Part shown: piece by piece, positions 50,301 through 61,339 of the stretch
Layout: the number at the start of each line of letters is the position of its first letter
Position numbering within the stretch: position 1 is the stretch's first letter
Origin: Macrostomum lignano
Taxonomy: Eukaryota
Length of the DNA: 64,000 nt
Assembly: GCA_002269645.1 (NCBI GenBank)
Contig: NIVC01003519.1
Location: forward strand, 1-64,000
Direction: 5' to 3'
Position numbers and translations under genes: made by a program
Notes under the pieces: generated by a model
The model's input: the letters and a program-made list of their open reading frames with translations, nothing else
What the model was told of the DNA's origin: nothing
Database searches by the model: none

Positions 50301-52715
50301 CGCCCGGAAAAGGGACGCTTAAGCCCGCAAAAGTTAATGACAATAACAATACCGCCATCAAAAGTATCCCCTATTAATCATATATCCATTATAAATAGCC
50401 CTAATAAAAATATCCCTTACTAATAATATCCCCATTATCAATATCCCCAAAAAATGCCCTTACTAATAATATCCCCATTATCAATATCCCCAAAAAATGC
50501 CCTTACTAATAATATCCCCATTATAAACATCCCCAATAAAAATATCCCCAATAAAAATGCCTTTACTAATAATATCCCAAATAAAAATACCCCCCCCTAC
50601 TAATATTATCCCCATAATAAATATCCCCTTTAAAAGCATCCCCACGCAAAATATGCCCACCCAGATTCATCAGTTACTGCGGCGGGCTGCCGGCACCGCA
50701 GCACAGCACGAACCCACTGCGCTACAAGTTCAGCTGGAGCCCGAGGGCGCTCTGCTATCCACACTGAACGCTTCTCGCTACTTGAAGTCCGGCAAAATTG
50801 TTGAAATACCCCGCGGCGGTCACCTGATGCTGGCTGCTCAGGACATCGAGTACTTTCCCGGCTTCAATCTGGAAGGCTATCCCAACAGAGACAGCCTGCA
50901 CTACCGGGATCTGTACGGGATCGAGTCCGCCCAGACCCTGCTCAGGGGGACGCTCAGGTATCGGGGCTACTCCAACGCAGCCTGGGGACTCATCCAGCTT
51001 GGCCTACTGTCGGAAACTCCGCACGCCAGTCTGCATCCGGAAGGCCCAGACATCACCTGGAAACAGTTGCTATGCCAACTGCTCGGCAAACCTAGGGATA
51101 TTTTTGTTGGCACGCTTAAAGACGCCGTGTTTGCTAAAGTGGGCCGGGACAGGGAGAAGTTCCAGTGCATTGAGGAGCTCGGGCTGTTCGAGGATAAGCC
51201 TATTGAGAAGAGGCACACGCCTTTGAGTAGTATCAGCTGCATGCTGGCTGAAAAGCTGAAGTACAGTGAGTGCATGATGTACTTTTCTATTTTCAACTAT
51301 TGATCTTAGAATCTTAATCATTTGATGTTTTAGCCCTGATCCAGGAATCCTCAAATCTAATACTTCGATCCCCAATCCTAATCTCTTGATTCTAAAATCC
51401 CAATATCTAGATCTCTAATCCCAATAAACAGATCCCTAATCCTAATATCTAGATCCCTAATCCCAATATCTAGATCCCTAATCCTAATATCTAGATCCCT
51501 AATCCCAATATCTAGATCCCTAATCCCAACATCTAGATCTCTATTCATGCATGTATGTCTCAATCCCCAGACCTAGATCCCCAATCCCAATCCAATCACC
51601 TGTGAAATCATTCAGTACTGCTACTGCATCTAAAACTAAAAATCCGTCCATCCCCCCACAGAGCCAGACGAGACGGACGTGATCATAATGGTGCTGGATT
51701 TGTCGTGCCGGTTCCCCAACGGCACCCGGGAGAATCACGTGATCAGCCTGGTGAAGTACGGCGATCCTAAGGGCTATTCGGCAATGTCCCTCACCGTTGG
51801 CTATCAAACAGCTATCGCCGCCAAAATGCTGCTTGATGGTGAGTCTTGGAATGAGAATTTCAATGGAATGAGTCTGGGGAATGCTGCAAATGGATTGATG
51901 TGTCAGTGAATAGAACTGCTGTGTCACTGAATATAGCTGATGTGTCAGTGAATATAACTGATGTGTCAGTGAATAGAACTGCTGTGTCACTGAATATAAC
52001 TGATGTATCAGTGAATTTAACTGATGTGTCAGTGAATAGAACTGATGTGTCAGTGAATAGAACTGATGTGTCAGTGAATGGAACTGATGTGTCAGTGAAT
52101 AGAACTGATGTGTCAGTGAATAGAACTGATGTGTCAGTGAATAGAACTGATGTGTCAGTGAATGGAACTGATGTGTCAGTGAATAGAACTGCTGTGTCAC
52201 TGAATATAACTGATGTATCAGTGAATTTAACTGATGTGTCAGTGAATAGAACTGATGTGTCAGTGAATAGAACTGATGTGTCAGTGAATGGAACTGATGT
52301 GTCAGTGAATAGAACTGATGTGTCAGTGAATGGAACTGATGTGTCAGTGAATGGAACTGATGTGTCAGTGAATAGAACTGATGTGTCAGTGAATAGAACT
52401 GATGTGTCAGTGAATAGAACTGATGTGTCAGTGAATAGAACTGATGTGTCAGTGAATAGAACTGATGTGTCAGTGAATAGAACTGATGTGTCAGTGAATG
52501 GAACTGATGTGTCAGTGAATAGAACTGATGTGTCAGTGAATGGAACTGATGTGTCACTGGGTGACTCAAGCGAAGCCCGCTGTCATCTTTCAGAAGAGAT
52601 CCAAGACCGCGGTCTCGTGCTGCCGCTGTCAATGAACATCTACCGACCAATATTGAAGCGACTCAAAGCTGAAGGCATCTCAGCCGTCGCCAAGACAACC
52701 GAAATTGAAGGCTGA
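41332..52715 (+). CDS. AASS: Alpha-aminoadipic semialdehyde synthase (bifunctional lysine-ketoglutarate reductase/saccharopine dehydrogenase); one apparent frameshift at about 50741
   Basis: Exons 41332-41556, 41673-42008, 43951-44440, 45086-45230, 47485-47596, 47895-48156, 48898-49252, 50665-51265, 51662-51838 and 52594-52715 with consistent phases. Motifs: [108 protein letters not shown]-terminus resembles a mitochondrial targeting peptide. Confidence 0.95.
43380..43800. repeat. GGGGTATGAAGTTT-type degenerate repeat, AASS intron 2
   Basis: About 14-16-bp G/T-rich units. Confidence 0.85.
44510..44945. repeat. (ATGATCCATCAGCGACTGCCCCCC)n minisatellite, AASS intron 3
   Basis: Units of about 24-30 bp with a variable C-run. 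Confidence 0.92.
45350..47400. repeat. 24-bp satellite (AAGAATCGCCCTTAAGCCTCCTTA)n changing to a 23-bp variant, AASS intron 4
   Basis: About 70 units of the 24-mer to about 47000, then (AAGCCTCCTAAAGCATCGTCTCT)n. Source of the spurious 520-aa [11 protein letters not shown]. Confidence 0.97.
47606..47830. repeat. About 51-bp minisatellite with internal hairpin, AASS intron 5
   Basis: About 4 units; each contains CCCATT...AATGGG inverted symmetry. Confidence 0.9.
48165..48810. repeat. (ACTG)n microsatellite, AASS intron 6
   Basis: Long tetranucleotide run starting just after the donor at 48157. Confidence 0.97.
49495..50350 (+). mobile_element. Crypton-like (tyrosine-recombinase DNA transposon) remnant in AASS intron 7
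   Basis: ORF 49865-50254 (VSRFKTFL...[36 protein letters not shown]) resembles the N-terminal core-binding region of Crypton/DUF3504-associated proteins. Imperfect inverted repeats CCGGGC(A/G)TCAATGT at 49522-49535 and 50294-50307. No catalytic domain seen. Confidence 0.62.
50370..50650. repeat. (AATATCCCCATTAT..)-type AT-rich repeat, AASS intron 7
   Basis: Repeated ATATCCCC/ACTAATAATATCCCC units. Confidence 0.8.
51380..51590. repeat. 21-bp repeat (ATCTAGATCCCTAATCCCAAT)n, AASS intron 8
   Basis: About 7-8 units. Confidence 0.88.
51895..52560. repeat. 21-bp repeat (GATGTGTCAGTGAATAGAACT)n, AASS intron 9
   Basis: About 31 units, stop-free in the frame of the terminal exon. Confidence 0.96.
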
Positions 52716-53404
52716 CGAGCTAGCTGTGCTAATTTATATTGCTGTGATGTAAATGTCAAGGATCCTAACGTAGGAAAAAGAAAGTTCTTTTACCTCTGTT
52801 ATAATCTGTTTTTTGCACTTGCTTCAGAAAAGAAAGAACTTTTTCTTAGTACAATATTGTACTTTACTAGAAGCATATCGTTTGTTTACTATTTTATAAT
52901 CTCTCCAGGTAAACAATACATACTTTCAAACTTCTCACTTAAAGTCTCATTATTTATTTCAATTTTTATTTACAGATTTTATTTATACTATTTTTAAATT
53001 CGCTCTACTCACTCCAGTAGTATGTTGCGACTGCGAATTTAAAATTTATATGGAGTATTTTTATGCTTATATCAGTAACTCGTTTTTGAAAAATGCCAAA
53101 AATTGCTTTGTTTTTATTTCATTCCTTTCTTTGCAAATGCATTAATTAATATATATTTTGTGATTAAATAATTTCATACGATCTCCGCTACTTTCAGTAA
53201 GCTATGTAGTTAATTAACGAAAACATTGCAGCTGTGACAGAAAATATACGAACTGTGCAGACTATCACAAATTTTTTATTTACGAGTATTTGTATGTTCT
53301 GATATTTATAAAGCCAGGCGTAACTTCTTAATAAATTTAATTATTGGCTTTTATAATCAGTCATGAGTCACTGTCTCAGCCCCACCTCCACGTTTTGAGA
53401 GTCA

Positions 53405-53620
53405 ACTCCAGGGTCTCTGCCCTCTGCACTCTATAACCCATCCTCTCTGCACTCTATTATCAGCCCTCTCTGCACTCTATAACCCACCCTCTCTGCACTC
53501 TATAACCCACCCTCTCTGCACTCTATAACCCACCCTCTCTGCACTCTATAACCCACCCTCTCTGCACTCTATTATCAGCCCTCTCTGCACTCTATAATCC
53601 ACCCTCTCTGCACTTTATAA
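53405..53620. repeat. 23-bp minisatellite (CTCTCTGCACTCTATAACCCACC)n
   Basis: About 9 units, intergenic. Confidence 0.92.
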
Positions 53621-53639
53621 TCCAGAACCAACCCCTATT

Positions 53640-54120
53640 ATCCATGGCCCACTGAGGGGCGGTGCAAAACAAACCCCCGTTTTCCATGGCCCACTGAGCT
53701 AGGGGCGGTGCAAAACCAACCCCCGTTTTCCATGGCCCACTGAGGGGCGGTGCAAAACCAACCCCCGTTTTATATGGCCTACTGAGGGGCGGTGCAAAAC
53801 CAGCCCCCGTTTTCCATAGCCCACTGAGGGGCGGTGCAAAACCAGCCCCCGTTTTCCATAGCCCACTGAGGGGCGGTGCAAAACCAGCCCCCGTTTTATA
53901 TGGCCCACTGAGGGGCGGTGCAAAACCAGCCCCCGTTTTCCATAGCCCACTGAGGGGTGGTGCAAAACCAACTCCCGTTTTTTATGGCCCACTGAGGGGC
54001 GGTGCAAAACCAACCCCCGTTTTCCATGGCCCACTGAGGGGCGCTGGAGAACCAACTCCCGTTTTATATGGCCCACTTAGTGGTGGTGCAGAATCAACCC
54101 TAATTTTTCATGCCCCACTG
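53640..54120. repeat. 42-bp minisatellite (ATGGCCCACTGAGGGGCGGTGCAAAACCAACCCCCGTTTTCC)n
   Basis: About 11 units, intergenic. Confidence 0.93.
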
Positions 54121-54710
54121 AGGTTATACCATACACACATTCTTAATAACTGATTGCTTGGGTACAAACAAAGAAACAAACAAACAAGCAAAACTTGCAG
54201 ACAAACCCTCCTTACTTCTGTCTGTGGTATTATTAAAGTATTCTCCACTGCTTAGGCTGACCTAGCCGAAATTGAGAACTGTAATTGTAAGCACTGCTTT
54301 AGTTGCGCTATCTCTGCACTGACACTTAAAAACAGGGCAGAAAAAAGATAATATTGCTCTCTGAGCAGAGACTGCACAATCCGACGGTTACTTCAGATGG
54401 GCGCTAGAAAGCAGGTGAGCCCGCGTGCGCGCGTTGACGCCACCTGTCGCACCCTTTATACAATGCAGCTACTCCTATTGCAGAGAGAGAGACTCGCATA
54501 GTTTCACTTTGAAATAAACGACATCTCTAACCCAAATGTACAGTCATCAAACCCTGCAACCGAGGAATGAAAGCGAAACTGGGCAATGTTTGAAAATAAG
54601 CGCTACTTTTGGTGTATTTAAACTCGCGTTTTCATCTTAGGCGAATTTCTTTATCTGAAATATATTGAGGCAAGCAAATGCTATACATATAAACTAAGAC
54701 AGATACAGTA

Positions 54711-56679
54711 ATGCTTAAGAAGCAACTTCTAATTGCTTTGGCATTTCTGCTAGCTGGCATTGGTAAGTGTATTGGTGAGGACAGTAAAAGTAAGAGTTAT
54801 TAAAGGATTCAAAGATGGAAAAAGTGAATGACTGAATAGAAGAGAGTGAGAGAGAGAGTGAGAGTGGGGTAAAGGGGGAGAGGTGGAAGAGAGGAAGATT
54901 GGGAGAGAGGAGGGGAGAGAAAGACAGGGGGAGTGACAGAAAGTGGGAAACGGGGAGAGGGAAGAAGGAGAGATGGAGAGATGGGTCCAGGGAAGGAACA
55001 GGGAGCGATGGAGAGGGGAGAGAGAGGGAGAGTGGAAAGGGGATAAGGGAGGGAGAGAGGGAGAGTTGAGAGAGAGAGGAGAGGAAGAGAGGGAGAGTGG
55101 AGAGTGAAGAGGGGAGAAAGAGAGTGAAGAGTGGAGAGGGAAGAGGGGAGGGTGGGAGAGTGGAGAGGGAGAATCAAGGAAACAAGTGGGGTGTTGATTC
55201 AAAGACGCAGATGGACGAAAATAAGATTAGGCCAGTGTAGGCAAACCAGGAAATCAGTAGCTCTCCCCATCGCCAAGTGATGAAGTTCCGCCACCCACAA
55301 AAACCCAGCCGTGGACTCAGGCGCTGCCATCTTGTGCTACAGCCGGGACCAATCGACAGGCGTGGCCAATGGAACTGTAGACGACTGCCCGTCTGACTTG
55401 GCCTGCTATCTGTACACAAAAGATAAGGTAACTACGGGTAAAACTTTACACACTTTTTTGGGAAAGTGTATGCATAATGCCGCCAGGCCCAGATGTTCCA
55501 CACTTCCCTGAGTACTTGGTTTGAAACTAAATTCCCAATAGTATAAAAGTATAAAAATATTATCCACCAGATAAGCTACGCAGGATGCGGTCGCTGCACA
55601 GAAGAAAACACTGAAGATCACAACTGCGAGTCTTGCACATCTGACTACTGCAACGACTGGCCTTCGCTAATCGGCTGTTTCTATGCTAAAAGCGAAACTA
55701 AAAAGGAAAATTGGTTAAAAATATCCTGCAACAAGAAATTTTGCTACAGCTTTAACTACACTATCGGAGCCACGGTGAGAACTCGTTTCTGTAAAGCGAG
55801 ACTGCTGCAGATGCTTGCTTACAGAAATCTTAAATAGATAGATTCCACACCCCGCTGAGAGAAGTGTGAAACCAACACCCCCAATCTTCCACCCACACCC
55901 CACTGATAGCAGGTGTGAGACCAACCCCCCCCCCGATCTTCCACACCCTACTGATAGCAGGTGTGAGACCCCCCCGATCTTACACACCCCACTGATAGCA
56001 GGTGTGAGACCAACCAACCCCCCCGATCTTCCACACCCCACTGATAGCAGGTGTGAGACCAACCCCCCGATCTTCCACACCCCACTGATAGCAGGTGTGA
56101 GACCAACTCTCCCGATCTTCCACACCCCACTGATAGCAGGTGTGAGACCAACCCCCCCGATCTTCCACACCCCACTGATAGCAGGTGTGAGACCAACCCC
56201 CCGATCTTCCACACCCCACTGATAGCAGGTGTGAGACCAACCCCCCCCCCCGATCTTCCACACCCCACTGATAGCAGGTGTGAGACCAACCCCCCGATCT
56301 TCCACACCCCACTGATAGCAGGTGTGAGACCAACCCCCCCCCCGATCTTCCACACCCCACTGATAGCAGGTGTGAGACCAACCCCCCCCCCGATCTTTCA
56401 CACCCCACTGATAGCAGGTGTGAGACCAACCCCCCAATGCTTTACGAAGCGAAATAAATTGAAACTGTAGTGTAAGACAAAAGTGTCAAAGGAATTTTAT
56501 CCCCGAAATTGCAGTATTACGCTGCCGGTTGTGGTAACTGCTCTGGTTACGAGAAGTTCGATACCTGCAGAGTGTGCAGCACAGACTACTGCAACTCAGC
56601 TACTGCATTTTCAGCAGATAAATTACAATTTGTGGCCGGTGGCTTCATTATTCTGATCCTTCAGTCCTGGATAAATTGA
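54711..56679 (+). CDS. Secreted, GPI-anchored protein with two tandem 8-Cys modules (Ly6/three-finger-like), gene A
   Basis: Exons 54711-54762, 55309-55427, 55571-55774 and 56515-56679 (phases 1,0,0), not found by the ORF track. Signal peptide MLKKQLLIALAFLLAGIA. Module pattern C-x16-C-x4/5-C...GCGxC..CxxCxxDYCN occurs twice. Small-residue site (SATA) plus hydrophobic tail. Confidence 0.85.
54830..55190. repeat. GA-rich tract, intron 1 of gene A
   Basis: Purine-rich low complexity; the paralogous tract is at 58410-59260. Confidence 0.9.
55865..56435. repeat. About 40-bp minisatellite (CCACACCCCACTGATAGCAGGTGTGAGACCAACCCCCCGATCTT)n, intron 3 of gene A
   Basis: About 13 units; a related array lies in intron 3 of gene B. 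Confidence 0.95.
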
Positions 56680-57129
56680 CTCCTGGCAGATGCCGAGTAA
56701 GAGAGAAAAACGTACTCAAACTTGAAGAAACACGAGTCTCTTTTAAAGACAGAAATACCAATAAAGTGGTGTTTCTTTAATTTTTAAGCTCAAGTGTTGG
56801 TATCCAGATTTTAACTGCTATATAGGCTTTAGAAAACCCTTTTATCAGGGTTCTAATAACTAACTTCGATATACTTCATTTCTTCTGTTGTTAATGAGCG
56901 TTCGTCAGTAGCTTGCAAAAATTATTTGCGGAATAACTTAATTTGCCAGTTATTTGGAAAGCCACAAATAAATTACCAAATTAGCAGAGATTTTTTTTCA
57001 AACTATGTTGAAAATAGCGTAAAACCTAAATGAACACTCGCTTCTTCTATACAGCTTTCTTGGTGTCAAAACTCAGCGGTGTAAAAGTTATTTTGCCAAA
57101 TCAGTAGCTCTGTCAGTACTTGATAGGTG

Positions 57130-57880
<751 letters not shown>

Positions 57881-58334
57881 GAGGGAGCAATGAAAACTAT
57901 ATGAAGCATTATTCCTTCCATTTGCATTAGCGAACTTCCATTTGCTCTTTTCAAAAAAATTTAGTTTGTGTTTTTTGTTCGAGCCAAGAAACTACTCTGC
58001 GTTTAGAATAGCCAGCATCATGCTGTGTACTGTACTCTGATGAGGCTGCCTCTTTAGTGTAGTCACTGGGTCTCAGCCTCTCCATTCATGCAGTGAAGCC
58101 TCACTATCCACTGCAGCTCATTTTCAGTTTAGACTGAATTCATTTCTTCGGCTAAGATGACCCAGCCAGGTTTTCTAGCCCGAGACACAAAAATGAAACT
58201 CAAAGAAATAATAAAAATAGGTGCCCAGGTTGTGTATTTAAACCCGAAGTCGTTTGTAAGGCTTTCTTATTGTATATTTTTAATAAACAGTTCAACGACA
58301 CGAAAACAGGTTTTCTGTGACATCACGCAGACAA

Positions 58335-59123
58335 ATGTCACGGACAAAACTTCTAATCCGTTTGGCAACACTGTTTGCTGCTTTTGGTAAGACATTTGTA
58401 TGTTTACATTATTTTATTGAGGGAGAGATGGGAGAGATAGTGAGGGAGAGAAGGAGAGAGGGAGAGAGATAGGGAGAGAGGGAGAGAGGCATAGAGAGAG
58501 GGAGAGAGAGGGAGAGGGAGAGAGGGAGAGAGATAGGGAGAGAGGGAGAGAGGGAGAGAGAGAGAGGAAGAGAGAGAGGGATAGAGAGAGAGTGAGAGGG
58601 AGAGAGAGACAGGGGGGAGAGAGGAAGAGGGAGAGAGGGAGAGAGGAAGAGGGAGAGAGATAGGGAGAGAGGGAGAGAGGCATGAGAGAGGGAGAGAGGA
58701 AGAGAGAGAGAGGAAGAGGGAGAGAGGGAGAGAGGAAGAGGGAAGAGATAGGGAGAGAGGGAGAGAGGCATGAGAGAGGGAGAGAGGAAGAGAGAGAGGA
58801 AGAGGGAGAGAGGGAGAGAGGAAGAGGGAAGAGATAGGGAGAGAGGGAGAGAGGCATGAGAGAGGGAGAGAGGAAGAGAGAGAGAGAGGAAGAGGGAGAG
58901 AGGGAGAGAGGAAGAGGGAAGAGATAGGGAGAGAGGGAGAGAGGCATGAGAGAGGGAGAGAGGAAGAGAGAGAGAGGAAGAGGGAGAGAGGGACAGAGGA
59001 AGAGGGAGAGAGATAGGGAGAGAGGGAGAGAGGCAGAAAGGAAGAGGGAGGGAGAGAGAGGGAGAGAGGAAGAGGGAGAGAGGGAGAGAGGGAGAGAGGG
59101 AGAGGGAGAGAGAGAGGGAGAGA

Positions 59124-59174
<51 letters not shown>

Positions 59175-61023
59175 GCATGAGAGAAGGATGAGAGAGGGAG
59201 AGAGGGAGAGAGGAAGAGAGGGAGAGAGAGAGGGAGAGTGGGGGAGAGAGATTATGCAGGGAGAGAAGAGAGGCAGAGGCGATAGGCGAAGTCAGACAAG
59301 TTCATCCCGCAGCCAACAGCCAGCCTCATAGAATCCCTGTCACCTGTTCCCCCAGCCGTGGATTTCAGCGGTGCGATTTCTTGCTACAGCCGGGACAAGT
59401 CAACAGGCAGAGCAAATGGAACCGTATCCAACTGCACGTCTGATTCAGCCTGCTATCGCTACACTGCTGACGAGGTGTGTAAATTTGTGCTTGTAGTCAT
59501 TGGCGTCACGGATAGTGGCATTGGTGTCTAGGTGTTTAAGATGAACTAGGACGCAGCTGGGTTTACTAAAAAAAGTTTTTCATAAGTCAATCTCGAATTC
59601 ACCACCAAGGTAAGCTACGCAGGATGCGGCACCTGCTCAGCTGCTGACACCAGAGATTACAGCTGCGAGTCTTGCACAGCTGACTACTGCAACACTTGGC
59701 CACCGTTGACTGGCTGTCTGTATGCCAAAGGCGAGTACAGGAAGGAAAAATGGGTGAAAGTATCCTGTTCCCAAGCCAGCTGCTATCACTTCAGCTATGG
59801 ATACGGTCCTACTATTGTGAGATCTTTGACACTGTTATTCTAACGAAACTTAACAACAATCTAACTGAGGTGTAGCATTTGAAAATATTGAATACCCAAC
59901 GGGAGCAGGTACAAAACCAACCCTCCAATCATCCACACGCCACTGAGAGCAGGTGCGAAACCAACCCCCAATCTTCCACACCCCACTGATAGCAGGTGTG
60001 AAACCAACCCCCAATCTTCCACACCCCACTGATAGCAGGTGTGAAACCAACCCCCAATCTTCCACACCCCACTGATAGCAGGTGTGAAACCAACCCCCAA
60101 TCTTCCACACTCCACTGATAGCAGGTGCGAAACCAACCCCCAATATTCCACACCCCACTGATAGCAGGTGTGAAACCAACCCCCAATCTTCCACACCCCA
60201 CTGATAGCAGGTGTGAAACCAACCCTCCAATCTTCCACACGCCACTGAGAGCAGGTGCGAAACCAACCCCCCAATCTTCCACACCACACTGAGAGCAGGT
60301 TTGAAACCAACCCCCAATCTTCCACACCACACTGATAGCAGGTGTGAAACCAACCCCCAATCTTCCACACTCCACTGATAGCAGGTGCGAAACCAACCCC
60401 CAATCTTCCACACCCCACTGATAGCAGGTGTGAAACCAACCCCCAATCTTCCACACCCCACTGATAGCAGGTGTGAAACCAACCCTCCAATCTTCCACAC
60501 GCCACTGAGAGCAGGTGTGAAACCAACCCCCAATCTTCCACACCCCACTGATAGCAGGTGTGAAACCAACCCCCAATCTTCCACACCCCACTGATAGCAG
60601 GTGTGAAACCAACCCCCAATCTTCCACACCCCACTGATAGCAGGTGTGAAACGAACCCCCAATCTTCCACACCCCACTGAGAGCAGGTGCGAAACCAACC
60701 CACTATCTCCTACACCCCAGTGATATCAGCTGTGAAACCAACTCTCCATCAGTTACATTTAAGTACTTTAAGCTTTAACTTATCAAGTATAAACTCTAAC
60801 TAATCATGAACGAATAGTCAATAAAATTAATAAATGAAAACTTCAGTTTTTTTTTGCTGGCTGCGGTGACTGCGCAGATTACGGGAATTTCGACAATTGC
60901 AAGACTTGCGCAACCGACTATTGCAATTCAGCAAAGGTTCTGACTGCAGTGCAAACGAATTTGATGCTGACTGCAGCTGGAGGCCTTCTCGTGATGGTCA
61001 TGCAGCTCTGGGGTCATGGATAA
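58335..61023 (+). CDS. Secreted, GPI-anchored two-module 8-Cys Ly6-like protein, gene B (tandem paralog of gene A)
   Basis: Exons 58335-58386, 59356-59474, 59610-59816 and 60847-61023 have the same phases as gene A. Sequence: MSRTKLLIRLATLFAAFA, ISCYSRD, YAGCGTC..CESCTADYCN, AGCGDC..CKTCATDYCNSA, hydrophobic tail, stop TAA 61021-61023. Confidence 0.85.
58410..59260. repeat. GA-rich tract, intron 1 of gene B
   Basis: Purine-only low complexity with internal duplications. Confidence 0.93.
59900..60745. repeat. About 40-bp minisatellite (..CTGATAGCAGGTGTGAAACCAACCCCCAATCTT..)n, intron 3 of gene B
   Basis: About 20 units, with fixed differences (GAAACC, CAATCTT) from the gene A array. Confidence 0.95.
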
Positions 61024-61339
61024 CAGTTCCAATTTATCAGTAGCTAAAACTGATTGACTAACACTACAATGAGTTCTCTAAACTGACTCTGTTTATTTCA
61101 ACATTGACAAGTTTTTATGGGCTTTATACATTTCTTTATGGAAATTTAACAACCTGCGTGAAATAATATTACCGATTTCATCAATGTTTTCGATATATTC
61201 AAGTAAATTAAATCTTTTTTATTGTTAGATGCATATTGTTGTTTTAATGAAACGATTTGCACAAAAGTTTCTCGTGTTGAAACCTTTTATTACGCCCGTA
61301 TCCTAACTCTTTTGAAAACTCAGATTTTGTTCGCTCCTC

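Noticed and set aside
50557-50664. Ile/Pro-rich N-terminal part of ORF 50557-51303
   Set aside because: It derives from the intronic ATCCCC repeat; the exon starts at 50665 in a different frame.
17637-52715. Functional amino-acid catabolism gene cluster (dehydratase/racemase pair plus AASS)
   Set aside because: The pathways differ, an unrelated NACHT-WD40 gene lies between them, and there is no evidence of co-regulation.
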